Assembly (NCBI GenBank): GCA_020348925.1
Contig: CP070758.1
Span: 2,681,688-2,745,687 of the forward strand
Reading direction: 5' to 3'
DNA: 64,000 nt
Origin: Gemmatimonadota bacterium
GTDB lineage: Bacteria > JBHIER01 > G020348925
How positions within the stretch are numbered: the first letter of the stretch is position 1; each line of letters opens with the position of its first letter. A program made the position numbers and the translations under genes. A model generated the notes under the pieces. It did not search any database and was not told the DNA's origin. It saw only the letters and a program-made list of their open reading frames with translations. This document shows, piece after piece, positions 49,683 through 59,414 of the stretch.

Positions 49683-49993
49683 TTTCCCATTTCCTTTTTA
49701 TATCTTTCACGATACCACTCCCAGTTTGACTTAATATCATGCTGGGCAAAGGTCAATGCCTCATTATAATCCCAATAAAGAAGAGGCACTTTCTCTACTG
49801 ATCCATCCGGATGCATTCTGTCGAGATGTGCAAAGCCATGGGCAGTATCATATCGAATGACAGGATGCCAGTTTTCAACAATTAGAGTTTCATATTGAAT
49901 AGCGAACTCTGTTATTTTTTCCTTAACACTGAAGTGGTAATGTCTAATTCTGTCATCAGGCGTCAAATATAATAGAAAACTTGTTTCACCCAA
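49679..49993 (-). CDS. Small putative toxin-like protein with RYDTAHG motif
   Basis: F..QYE......W.PVIRYDTAHGFAH.D motif; TTG start; translationally coupled to the next gene. Confidence 0.6.
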   Translation of the reverse strand: MGETSFLLYLTPDDRIRHYHFSVKEKITEFAIQYETLIVENWHPVIRYDTAHGFAHLDRMHPDGSVEKVPLLYWDYNEALTFAQHDIKSNWEWYRERYKKEMGK

Positions 49994-50015
49994 TTCTTAT
50001 TTTTCCCTCAACAGT

Positions 50016-50303
50016 TCAGTTGGACCCAGCCCTAAAAATAAAACCTTCCGAAATCCCCTCGGGCTCTTTATACCACTCCGGCTCTGTTTCTCTTAAAAAC
50101 TCGATCAACTCCTCCGGAGAAATAGGGGATACAACCGTTTCCGGGTGCTCCTTGATATCTTCTTGATACAATTCTATGGCTGCTCTGAGGTTTTTCTCGA
50201 CATCCGCAAGATCTTCACCCCGAGCAGAAAGATTCAACTCCAAGCATATTGCAACATATTCAAGCTTGCTTTTACGGATCAGTGCCGTATATTTCTCGTC
50301 CAC
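50016..50303 (-). CDS. HicB-family antitoxin
   Basis: YTALI...YVAICLEL...ARGE..ADV..NL..AIELY; AAGGAGG RBS, GTG start. Confidence 0.75.
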   Translation of the reverse strand: MDEKYTALIRKSKLEYVAICLELNLSARGEDLADVEKNLRAAIELYQEDIKEHPETVVSPISPEELIEFLRETEPEWYKEPEGISEGFIFRAGSN

Positions 50304-50762
50304 CGATTAGTCCTCCTTTTGTGATCTTTCCAAAAAATTACAGTCTTTAACGCCCTAATTTTGGACTCACATTTGCATATTCCTACCCTCAAAGTACAAT
50401 ACTTACAAGAGATTGTCAAGATTTTTCTCTGAAAATTGAGGGTTAGCGGAAGAAACGTTTGCATTTCAATACAACCCCCTTAATCCCCCCTTCATAAGGG
50501 GGACTTGCCCATTAATTATTGTTAGTTTTGAGGAAAGGGATCATCGATTATCTTCGTCTCTTTCAATAGGTGGGAAAAGTAATCATTATTCGACGGAGTT
50601 TATCCCGAGCGGCGATGCGGGGCTCAGGATGAAGAGTCTTTAGAAACAAGAGTGAAACTTCTATTTTTCTCTGTGCATAATCCAGAATAGACGTGTATAT
50701 TACAGGCTATGTTATGAATGCATGATGCACATTCACCCAAGGGTACGAAGGAGACAGAAAAT

Positions 50763-52094
50763 ATGTGGCAAAAATCGTCTGCCCTGAATTGTATTCTGAT
50801 TGTATGTGTCCTCATACTCGTCTCCATCTGTTTTCACTGTGCCTCCACGAAAAACATGGAGCAGAGTGAGACGGTTCAGGAGACGAAGACGGAGACTGAG
50901 AGGGCCCGGCTCGACTCCACTCAAATTGTTTCACGGAAAAAACATTACAGCCAGCTCTACGAGTACTGGAAAAATGGGATGTACGCGGAAGCCCTCGAGC
51001 CCGGCCATAAAGTGATAGAAATCGACTCCACATACACAAACGCTTACTTCTATCTGGCCGATTGTTACGTGAAGTTAGAGGAGTTTGATAAGGCTCAGAC
51101 AGTCTATGAGGCCGGCCTCAGGATCGATCCGGAGAATAAATATTTCCACCGGGGCCTGGCCTGGGTCCTGCTGACCAAAGGTTTGGAGGAGCAGGCAATT
51201 TCGGAGTACGAGATTGTCGTGGAACAGTTTCCTGAGGAATCGTCGTATCATCTGATCCTGGCCAAACTGTACGTCAATCACGAAAACGACGAAGGCGCTG
51301 CACGTGAGTTCGAACGGGCAGTTGCCGTTGATTTGAAGACGAGAGAGCGTTGGATCGAGGAGCGCGATACAATGCTGTCTGAAAAAGGTCCGGATGATCA
51401 ACAGGTGCAGGAGTACACCACGAAAATCGAAGAGACCGAAAGGCAGATACGGGCATCACTCTCCACTCTGGAAATCCTGTATAGGCGAAACGATATGGGA
51501 GCGAAGCTGGTGGACGTCTATTTCCACTACCTGAAAATGGACTCCCTGGACACACAAGCCATGCTCAACTTAGGGAAACAGTATTACGAGCTCGGGGAAA
51601 ACGAGAAAGGTGAGGAGATACTCAGGAAACTCATCGAGATGGATCCTGATAACATCGACGCGCACAAATTCCTGGGTGGCTGCTGTGTCAATCTGAAGAA
51701 GAACGCCGAAGCGATTGCGGCTTATAAAAGAGTAGTTGCGCTCGATCCGGAGAATAAAAGGGGATGGACCGATTTGGCCTCAACCTATAACGAGATAGGT
51801 CAGTACGATGAAGCCGAGCGTTCCGTGAAGAGAGCCCTTCGTTTGGATCCTGACTACGGGTACGCCCATGTCGTCTACGGCGAGATTTACGAAGCGCGGG
51901 GGGAACCCTTTATCGAGGAAGAGAAAAGCATCCCCATCGAGGGAAAGCTCATTTTTCTGCAGGCCTGGAGAGAGTATGATAAGGCCCGGAAAGACCCCGA
52001 ATGGCGTAATCATGCTACTATAAAAATTGAGTATTTAAATAATTTCATTCCAACTGCTCAAGATACCTTCTTTCACAACCTGGGCAGAAATTAA
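50763..52094 (+). CDS. TPR-repeat exported protein (probable lipoprotein)
   Basis: AAGGAG RBS at MWQKSS, hydrophobic stretch ending in FHC, many TPRs. Confidence 0.85.
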   Translation: MWQKSSALNCILIVCVLILVSICFHCASTKNMEQSETVQETKTETERARLDSTQIVSRKKHYSQLYEYWKNGMYAEALEPGHKVIEIDSTYTNAYFYLADCYVKLEEFDKAQTVYEAGLRIDPENKYFHRGLAWVLLTKGLEEQAISEYEIVVEQFPEESSYHLILAKLYVNHENDEGAAREFERAVAVDLKTRERWIEERDTMLSEKGPDDQQVQEYTTKIEETERQIRASLSTLEILYRRNDMGAKLVDVYFHYLKMDSLDTQAMLNLGKQYYELGENEKGEEILRKLIEMDPDNIDAHKFLGGCCVNLKKNAEAIAAYKRVVALDPENKRGWTDLASTYNEIGQYDEAERSVKRALRLDPDYGYAHVVYGEIYEARGEPFIEEEKSIPIEGKLIFLQAWREYDKARKDPEWRNHATIKIEYLNNFIPTAQDTFFHNLGRN

Positions 52095-52505
52095 AAGAAG
52101 TATTTTCCCACTCTGAGGATATTGGATGATTCGATTCCGAACTCATCTTTCAAGAGTTCCAACGAATCGAAGCGTGAGGAAGTCGCAGAAAAGCTTTCCC
52201 CTGACAGACCCATCTCCCCATCCACTCTTAAACTCCACAAAAAAAGATCAGAAAATTGGATGGATTTCTGTACATAGAATATTCATAGCATCAACATAAA
52301 CGTAACGTATCAAGGACATATTTATAGAGTTTAAAAGAATATTGGTGTTGAACAGTATCTCACGGCACTTCCCGTGATTTTGTACAAAGTCATTCCGGGT
52401 TTATCCCGGAACCTCCTTAATTGAGAGTCTGGTGCGCAAATCGAGGAGATTCCTGCATGCGCAGGAATGACAGCTCTTGTTTTTTACGCATCATCCGGTT
52501 GTCTT

Positions 52506-53288
52506 CTATTCAATAATAAAGTCGAAATAGGTGTCAGGATAGGGTTCGTTAACAAGGGTGAAATGCCACCACTCTTTTTCGTAGTTCCGAAAACCGTGCT
52601 TCTCCATGAGTGTCTTGAGCAACAATCTGTTCGCCCGCTGCTGTATCCCTATCTGCTCGTTGGCGGTCCACGAAAGCTCATGAAAGCAGTCGAATCCCGT
52701 TCCCATGTCAATACCGTTATCCTTGAATCGTTTCTCCGCGGGCAGATAGCACTCGCATAAATTTTGACCGTCGACATACGGTTCCTGCTGGGGCAACGGC
52801 AAAGGCACGATGGTCAGATCGACGGCGCTTCCCCGACTGTGACTCGACTTGCTGGCGATGTAACCATCCTTGAAAAGGTTTTTTTTGTCAACTGTGGGGT
52901 AGAATTCTTTCTTCGTCACAGTATCCGATACGTCCTCGGCCCATTCGACAAAATGATCGACAGCCCTCTGTGGCCGGTATCCGTCATAGATCTTCAGGGA
53001 AAATGAGAATCGGCTCAGCTCCTCCTGCACCCTTTTCAAGGAATCTGCCGCTTCTTTTGTGAGATAACATTTGGCCGCCGAATACCCGTGAATACGCCTT
53101 CCGACAAAATTGTGACTTGTAAAATATCGGATATCCGAGAGGATGGAAGGAATCACCTCTTTCACATCAACAAATCCCTCGGGAATGTGCGAAGCCGGTA
53201 ACGTCGCAGAAGCGAGGAGATTGAAACAAACACTCAAACATGCAGCGAAAAACCAGTGTTTCTTTTTCATCAGTAATCCTTTCTTCAA
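52506..53288 (-). CDS. ddpX: D-alanyl-D-alanine dipeptidase (VanX/DdpX, peptidase M15D) with signal peptide
   Basis: DIRY...NFVG, LKIYDGYRP, SSHSRGSAVDLT, DMGTGFD, EWWHF. Confidence 0.92.
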   Translation of the reverse strand: MKKGLLMKKKHWFFAACLSVCFNLLASATLPASHIPEGFVDVKEVIPSILSDIRYFTSHNFVGRRIHGYSAAKCYLTKEAADSLKRVQEELSRFSFSLKIYDGYRPQRAVDHFVEWAEDVSDTVTKKEFYPTVDKKNLFKDGYIASKSSHSRGSAVDLTIVPLPLPQQEPYVDGQNLCECYLPAEKRFKDNGIDMGTGFDCFHELSWTANEQIGIQQRANRLLLKTLMEKHGFRNYEKEWWHFTLVNEPYPDTYFDFIIE

Positions 53289-53399
53289 GTAGAATACAGC
53301 GTATCCCTAATCGCATTACAGAGTGCTCGTTTCCAACCTCTGTGGAGGGATCGATCGAATCCTCTCAAACTCCCCTTTATATAAGGAGAGTATCTCCTT

Positions 53400-54410
53400 T
53401 CATTGCTTAGATGGGGTAATTTTTTCATCCGTAAAATAATATTCGCATTCATTTTTCTCATTATGAATCCAGCTGTACACGATATTGGCCCGGTCGAGGT
53501 GGAACCGTGGATCTTCATCCGAATCTTCCCTTCGCCCACACAAAATCGTCATGATATCGGGATGCTGTGATGTGAAACCCCTTAAAGCCTTCAGCCGTCC
53601 CTTTTCGAATTCATAGACGATCCCGTTTTCACGGATCGTCAGATTTTCCTCTTTAAAACGGTGTAAGAATCGTTGCCGTGTGCAAAACCGCTCACAAAAT
53701 TCGATCCGTCCCTTGAACTCCTCAGCTTTCTCAAACTGAAGTGCCAACGAAGCTTCCTCCATGGCTTCTGTCAATTTACCAACTGCATATGTCTCATTTC
53801 CTCTGAGAAATTCCACCACCCTCTCGACGATGCGGGCGTATCCCCCAGGGGATATTTTCCCCCGGCAGGGACCGGTGCAGTATCCGAATTCGTGGTTCAG
53901 GCTGAACCGGGTCGGAACGGTCTCCTCGCACGAACGAAGTCCCACAAAGCGACGGATGATATAAAGCAAATCCTTCACGAAAAATCTGCTCTTGTACGGA
54001 CCGAAAGTTTGCCCCTGACCGGGATCGTCCGATTTTCCCATCATTCTGCAGGTCGGATACGGACCCTCTGTCAGTAAGATATATTGATACCCCAAATATT
54101 GCTGCTGCCGCACGTTATGCCGGGGCTGATAATCTTTTATCAACGCATCCTCAAGGAGTAGGGCCAGCAGCTCCGAATCCGTTTCGTAGAAGTCAACGTC
54201 TCCGATATTGGAGATCATTTCCCGTGTTCGATATTCAACCCTCATCATATCCGTTCGGAAATAACTCGATACGCGCTGCCGTAAATTCAGTGATTTCCCA
54301 ACATACATGATCTCACCATTCTGATCGGAGAAAAGATAGACGCCGGTTCCCCTGGGTATCTTCTTCCGGAGGAGTGAAAAGATCTCCTGCTGATTCTCAA
54401 AGTTATCCAT
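53400..54410 (-). CDS. UvrC-N/Cho-like GIY-YIG nuclease with UVR domain
   Basis: GVYLF...YVGKSLNLRQRVSSYF, SELLALLLE..LIK...P..N, FGPY, C.GPC, M..AS..LQFEKA; lacks the RNase H and HhH C-terminal half of UvrC. Confidence 0.85.
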   Translation of the reverse strand: MDNFENQQEIFSLLRKKIPRGTGVYLFSDQNGEIMYVGKSLNLRQRVSSYFRTDMMRVEYRTREMISNIGDVDFYETDSELLALLLEDALIKDYQPRHNVRQQQYLGYQYILLTEGPYPTCRMMGKSDDPGQGQTFGPYKSRFFVKDLLYIIRRFVGLRSCEETVPTRFSLNHEFGYCTGPCRGKISPGGYARIVERVVEFLRGNETYAVGKLTEAMEEASLALQFEKAEEFKGRIEFCERFCTRQRFLHRFKEENLTIRENGIVYEFEKGRLKALRGFTSQHPDIMTILCGRREDSDEDPRFHLDRANIVYSWIHNEKNECEYYFTDEKITPSKQ

Positions 54411-55464
54411 TATGATCCTGTGTCCTGTTTCGGACGAAGAAACCTGAGCCGAATTGGACGTTCATGGTTTCGGGAAAAACGCCGCGCAGAAATCGACCGG
54501 TCATTTCTTCTCGAACTTCATCATCAATATCTCTATCGCATTGGAACCGTACAATTGAATGCTCGTCAAACTCCGCAATTTTCGACAGAATAAACGGTCT
54601 CATATTTTTCAAGGTAAGATTTGAAGGCATTCGAAGATCCTCCATGGGCCGGGTCGGTACTTCGATGAAACGGAGATGTTCGATGCACCATCCGGTGTCG
54701 CCCGTTGTTCCGAACCGGATTTCGTAGAACCCCTTCCTCTCCCCTTTTTCGGCAAAGGAGGTTCGTTCGGTAGACCCTGCATGAATAACGGGTATTTTAT
54801 TCCCATGATGCCGACCGTTCAGCCACAGGATTTGCTGACGATGAATGTGGCCCACCAATACGGCGTGAACGCCCGATGGTAAATCGTTCCTCCGAATAAC
54901 GTCTTTTCCATACTGAAAGGTATAATTTGACGGTCCGACTTGAGCACCTTCTATCGCCTGGTGGAGGCACAGCAGTTTGATGTCCGCTGAGTTCCCGTTC
55001 CATTCGGTCGCATCCAGCAGTGCTCGAAACCGATCCCTGATATCTTCACGCTCAAAGGGGAAACCTGATAATGAGATCCTCGCACCATGAAGGTCGAGGG
55101 TGTACGTCTTTGGTTTGTCAAAAATTCGTATATTCGGATGGTTCAAGAACAACGATGGTGGCAGGTTCGAACGCTCATGATTTCCCGGAACCAGAAAAAC
55201 AGGAAATCCCCTGTCCGCCAGTTCCATCAGAGGCTCATAGGCAAGATCAATAATTTTCGCAGGGACGCGACTTCGGAAAAAAAGATCCCCTCCGTGAATA
55301 AGCACGTCCGCCTGAGAATCGATTGCGTGCGAAAGAACCCTGTGATAGTTTTCGAAAAAATCCTGGCCTCGCTGTCTCCTTTTCACTTTCGGTCGGATCG
55401 GATAATCAAAGCCCAGGTGCGTGTCAGCACAAAAAACGATTCGAATGTGCACCTCAAACCTCAT
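54403..55464 (-). CDS. SbcD/Mre11-family metallophosphoesterase nuclease
   Basis: ADTHLG, HGGDLF, PGNHE, LHQ, GHIH, GSTERTSFAE. Confidence 0.88.
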   Translation of the reverse strand: MRFEVHIRIVFCADTHLGFDYPIRPKVKRRQRGQDFFENYHRVLSHAIDSQADVLIHGGDLFFRSRVPAKIIDLAYEPLMELADRGFPVFLVPGNHERSNLPPSLFLNHPNIRIFDKPKTYTLDLHGARISLSGFPFEREDIRDRFRALLDATEWNGNSADIKLLCLHQAIEGAQVGPSNYTFQYGKDVIRRNDLPSGVHAVLVGHIHRQQILWLNGRHHGNKIPVIHAGSTERTSFAEKGERKGFYEIRFGTTGDTGWCIEHLRFIEVPTRPMEDLRMPSNLTLKNMRPFILSKIAEFDEHSIVRFQCDRDIDDEVREEMTGRFLRGVFPETMNVQFGSGFFVRNRTQDHNG

Positions 55465-55559
55465 GCAGCATTTTATCTACCCAAGATAATGAGACTCTCT
55501 TTCTCTGTTGTATCTGGGGAAAAGATAGGGTTTTTGACTTGAAATGAAAACCGTAAAAA

Positions 55560-56849
55560 TTAGGACGCACACGCCCCTGTTCCCAAAATGACATTCACGA
55601 TGCCGAGCACATCCAGAATATCGACGATCCCATCGGCGTTGCAATCCGCCCGATCATAGGGCGCATCGGCTAATGAGTCCGTCCCCAATATGTGATTGAC
55701 CGTAGCCAATGCGTCGAGCACATCGATGCCATCCCGGCAATCGATATTCCCCCTCTCAACAGAAGCCTGTTCAGGATTGTTCATATGTGGGCAGTTGTCT
55801 TCCTCGCATGCATTCGACTCGTAGCCCGGGTTCCCGTAGTCATCACCATCTGTGTCCGTGCATATATCGCATACGTCTCCGGAACCGTCCTCGTCTGCAT
55901 CGGTCTGACCAGGATTGTACTCATCCGGGCAGTTGTCACAGACATCCCCGACGTCGTCCGAGTCGGAATCACCCTGGTCGGGATTTTCATGTGTAGGACA
56001 GTTGTCATTTTCATCGAGAACACCATCATTGTCCGAATCGTGCGATGAAATATTTTGAATGGAAACCTCTATGACCTTCCCTGTCCCCAGGGGGACAAAG
56101 TGATCTCCATAGACCTCCTCAAATAATGAAATTTGATGGTCACCGGTGCAATGGGTGCAACCGCAGTATTCGACGCCTAACGCCTGGAATTCTTGTATGA
56201 TCTGATCGACCTCAGCATCAGAATGAGCACCAAGATGAAAACCACCGAAGACGAGATAGATGTCTTTATCAAGAACTTCTTTCGCCCTATGGAGTATATT
56301 GACGATGCCGGGGTGTGAGCATCCGGTGACAACGACCAAACCTTCATCGGTATCCAGGATGAGTGATTGCTCATACACCGGTCCCTCCAACTCCCCTGTT
56401 GAATACACATGCTCGCAAATCTCCACAGACTCATCCACTGCAATCGTTGTTCCCCCAACCGCGGATATGAAGGGGCTCCTGGTATGTGCGTAGGATATTC
56501 CCATATAGGCTGTGATATGAGGAGCTCGACTCAGAACCGACCCGAGGCCACCTGTGTGGTCCGCATGGTTATGTGACAGCACGACAACATCGAGCCGATC
56601 CAGATCGACGTTCAGAAAGTCAATGTTACCGAGGAGTATGCCCCCATTGTATCCTGTATCGAACAGGATCGTCTCTTCATAGCCCTCGATGAAGCAGGCA
56701 AAACCCCAATCCGCAGTTGTCCCTTCCTGATGGACGTAATTGTCATACACGACCGTCATCTTGACGGTATTCGCACCGAAAACGGGATTGCTTGGAGATC
56801 CGGTAAGGACTGCAATAACAAGGACACAAAAGAATAGACGCTTCTTCAT
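55560..56849 (-). CDS. Secreted MBL-fold metallohydrolase (COG1237-like) + TSP3 + dockerin
   Basis: Signal MKKRLFF; TVVYDN, WGF, ILFDTG, LSHNHADHTGG, TGCSHPG, GGFHL, HCTG; DNCP repeats; C-terminal dockerin. Confidence 0.87.
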   Translation of the reverse strand: MKKRLFFCVLVIAVLTGSPSNPVFGANTVKMTVVYDNYVHQEGTTADWGFACFIEGYEETILFDTGYNGGILLGNIDFLNVDLDRLDVVVLSHNHADHTGGLGSVLSRAPHITAYMGISYAHTRSPFISAVGGTTIAVDESVEICEHVYSTGELEGPVYEQSLILDTDEGLVVVTGCSHPGIVNILHRAKEVLDKDIYLVFGGFHLGAHSDAEVDQIIQEFQALGVEYCGCTHCTGDHQISLFEEVYGDHFVPLGTGKVIEVSIQNISSHDSDNDGVLDENDNCPTHENPDQGDSDSDDVGDVCDNCPDEYNPGQTDADEDGSGDVCDICTDTDGDDYGNPGYESNACEEDNCPHMNNPEQASVERGNIDCRDGIDVLDALATVNHILGTDSLADAPYDRADCNADGIVDILDVLGIVNVILGTGACAS

Positions 56850-56992
56850 ATCACACTCCCCACAGCTCATTGAAATTCAAATTGAACGCCGAGGTCTTTT
56901 CAACTATTTCCTATTAATCTGCATCGTATGACACCGTTTTTCAGGTCTTTGTTTCGGAGGTGATGAAGACACATTCCCCTTCGATAAACACA

Positions 56993-57847
56993 TCAAGGTG
57001 CATCCTTTTCGAACCAGTCGTTTACTTCCGCGTACGATAGGGCGTCGGCTGTCATAAGCGCGTATGTTCCCGAGTTCCGCAACTCTTGAGCTATCTTTCG
57101 AATAAAGGCAAGAGCTGCCCTCATCGGTCTCGGCCCTAAGCTGACCCTGGACACGCCAATTTCCTCAAGCTCGGCCAGTGGTGGCGTATGGGTACCCGCT
57201 ATGATGTTCACAGGTGCATCGATCTCGTTGACTAAACGGGCAATGGTTTTCTTATCGAGGTCACCCACGTCAGGAACGAAGATGCAATCCGCCCCAGCCT
57301 CCCGGTAGACATTGCCTCGCTCAACAGCATCTCGAAAACTTGTTTTCGAATCTCCATCGGACACAAGGTAAACATCGGTACGGGCATTCACGACCAAATG
57401 GATATTTTCCGAAACCGCCATCTCCCGGATCGCCCTGATCTTCTCCACCTGAAAGGTTACATCGCAAAGTGGTTGTGACGGGTCCCCGGTCCCATCCTCC
57501 AGGTTTATCCCAACGGCGCCGACATTCAAGATCCTCAGCGCCGACTCTACGATCCCCTCAATCGAATCCGCATACCCCGCTTCGATATCGGCACTCACCG
57601 GCAGGTCGATATGTTCCACTATTCGGCGAACGACCTCGGTCGTTTCATCCAGACTCATACGCTGACCGTCGGGATAACCCAAGGTCGCTGCAATGCCTGC
57701 GCTCGTCGTACCGATGGCCTTGAATCCTTCGATCTCAAATATTTTGGCACTGGAAACATCCCAGGCGTTGGCCAACACGAATATCGCAGGTTTGTTATGA
57801 AGTGCTAAAAACGCCTCGGCTTTTCGACGCTGTTCATCCCTGGTCAT
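56993..57847 (-). CDS. Isocitrate lyase/PEP mutase superfamily protein
   Basis: NAWDVSSA, TTSAGIA..LGYPD, PVSADIEAGY, GINLED, NARTD, YREAGADCIFVP, GVSRVS. Confidence 0.92.
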   Translation of the reverse strand: MTRDEQRRKAEAFLALHNKPAIFVLANAWDVSSAKIFEIEGFKAIGTTSAGIAATLGYPDGQRMSLDETTEVVRRIVEHIDLPVSADIEAGYADSIEGIVESALRILNVGAVGINLEDGTGDPSQPLCDVTFQVEKIRAIREMAVSENIHLVVNARTDVYLVSDGDSKTSFRDAVERGNVYREAGADCIFVPDVGDLDKKTIARLVNEIDAPVNIIAGTHTPPLAELEEIGVSRVSLGPRPMRAALAFIRKIAQELRNSGTYALMTADALSYAEVNDWFEKDAP

Positions 57848-57909
57848 GCTTTCTCCCTCCCTTGATATGAGGATGAGTATGTATAGAAAAACCGGTTACA
57901 AGACGAAAA

Positions 57910-58722
57910 TCATGTTTTGTATCCGACGACAGTAATACTGAAAATTCCCACGCCACGTTCCCTGAACTCGGCCATTTCTTTGTCCGTGAGATATTCTCGC
58001 AATATTGTATCGGGTAAATGAATTTCCTTTGATGTCTTTATCTCCACGTCGGAGAACCCGGCTTCTTGGATCGTTCTCAGATAGGCATCTTGTTGCAGGG
58101 AACCGGCAATACATCCGGCATACATCTCTGCCGATTTTCTCAATTTTTCGGGAAGTTCTCCTTTCAAAACGACATCGGAAATGCAGAAGTGTGCGCCGGG
58201 TCTGAGAATCCGATGCATTTCGGAAAACGCCTTCTTTTTATCCGGCACGAGATTGATCACACAGTTGCTGATGACCACATCGACCGAGTTCCCTTCGACA
58301 GGCAAATTTTCAATATCCCCCGTACGAAACTCAATATTGTTGTATCCCATCTGCTCGCTTATGACTCTCGCTTTATCAACCATGTCGCGAGTCATATCTA
58401 TACCTATTACTCTGCCTTCATCACCGACTATTGACCGGGTAATAAAGGCATCGTTCCCTGCACCCGAGCCAAGATCAACAACCGTATCACCTCTCTTTAT
58501 GCCGGCAAATTCCGTGGGCAATCCACATCCCAATCCCAAATCGGCTCCAGGGATATATCCCTTCAGGTGATCATAGCTATCGCTGAATGTGCTTTGATTC
58601 GCGCCATCAGAAGGACAACAGGTGGAACACGAACAGCAACTGTTCTCGACGCTTTGTCTGGCAATCCGGCCATATCTCTCCTTCACGATTTCTTTAAGTT
58701 GTTGGGCATCAGCCATTTTCAT
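57910..58722 (-). CDS. arsM: Arsenite S-adenosylmethionine methyltransferase
   Basis: N-terminal Cys cluster, LGLGCG.P, VVDLGSGAG.D, DVVISNCVINLVPDK, YAGCIAG; directly downstream of arsR. Confidence 0.92.
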   Translation of the reverse strand: MKMADAQQLKEIVKERYGRIARQSVENSCCSCSTCCPSDGANQSTFSDSYDHLKGYIPGADLGLGCGLPTEFAGIKRGDTVVDLGSGAGNDAFITRSIVGDEGRVIGIDMTRDMVDKARVISEQMGYNNIEFRTGDIENLPVEGNSVDVVISNCVINLVPDKKKAFSEMHRILRPGAHFCISDVVLKGELPEKLRKSAEMYAGCIAGSLQQDAYLRTIQEAGFSDVEIKTSKEIHLPDTILREYLTDKEMAEFRERGVGIFSITVVGYKT

Positions 58723-58732
58723 CCTCCCTTCA

Positions 58733-59050
58733 TCAGCATTTGCAGATCGTTGAAAATAGATCGGTGAAGGCGACCCTCGCCTTTTCGAGGACGTTCTCGT
58801 CCAGACAGTAACATGTCCTGGGACCCTCGATATCTCCCCGAATAAGTCCCACCCTTTTCAGCTCTTTGAGATGCTGGGAGACCGTCGATTGGGCCAACGG
58901 CAACAGCTCGACGAGTTCACCGCAGATACACGTGTTCTTTTTCGACAGAATCTGGAGTATCTTAATGCGCACAGGATGGGACAGCGCTTTGGCCAGATCC
59001 GCCATCCAGATTTCCTTTTTACCAAACCGACTTGTTTTTGCCAAAACCAT
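58733..59050 (-). CDS. arsR: ArsR/SmtB-family repressor
   Basis: AKALSHP.RI.IL, CICGEL, LAQSTVSQHLKELK, CYC. Confidence 0.9.
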   Translation of the reverse strand: MVLAKTSRFGKKEIWMADLAKALSHPVRIKILQILSKKNTCICGELVELLPLAQSTVSQHLKELKRVGLIRGDIEGPRTCYCLDENVLEKARVAFTDLFSTICKC

Positions 59051-59064
59051 AATTCACCTCATTC

Positions 59065-59106
59065 ATTGTACATCGTAAATATACAATAATAGATTTGAGA
59101 TGTCAA
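59065..59106 (-). promoter_or_regulatory. ars promoter with overlapping operator-like inverted repeat
   Basis: rc TTGACA-17-TATATT; IR ATTGTA-N11-TACAAT (59065-59087) overlaps the -10 element. Confidence 0.65.
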
Positions 59107-59414
59107 GTGTTTTTTTCAACTTTTGTCTGACCAATGACTCTTCACTATAATACTTATGTTTCAAAATCTTTCAATATTTTCCTTGTAATGTGATGCGAAT
59201 TGATATATGCTTTATGCATTAAAGACGAATGGTCTCTTTTGGGATTTAGTGGTTATTCAATCGGCAGACAGGTTTTATAATTATTAGAATCGCAGAAGCA
59301 TCTATCGTTTTTGCGATTTTTTTATTGCTTGAGAAATGACCGGGATTCATCCAGAGTGTTACGTTTTTTTACTTTCAGAATCGATCTTAAAAAAGAGTGG
59401 GAGGTGATATTCGA

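Noticed and set aside
50005-50026. attC-like GTCCAAC...GTTGAGG in the TA cluster
   Set aside because: Only 6 bp separate the boxes, far too short for attC, and no integrase is seen.
52506-53288. Vancomycin resistance locus
   Set aside because: A lone VanX-type dipeptidase with a signal peptide; no vanH, vanA or vanRS.
56993-57847. True PEP mutase indicating phosphonate or organoarsenical synthesis
   Set aside because: Lacks the EDK-X5-NS motif (it has LEDGT) and no pathway genes are nearby.
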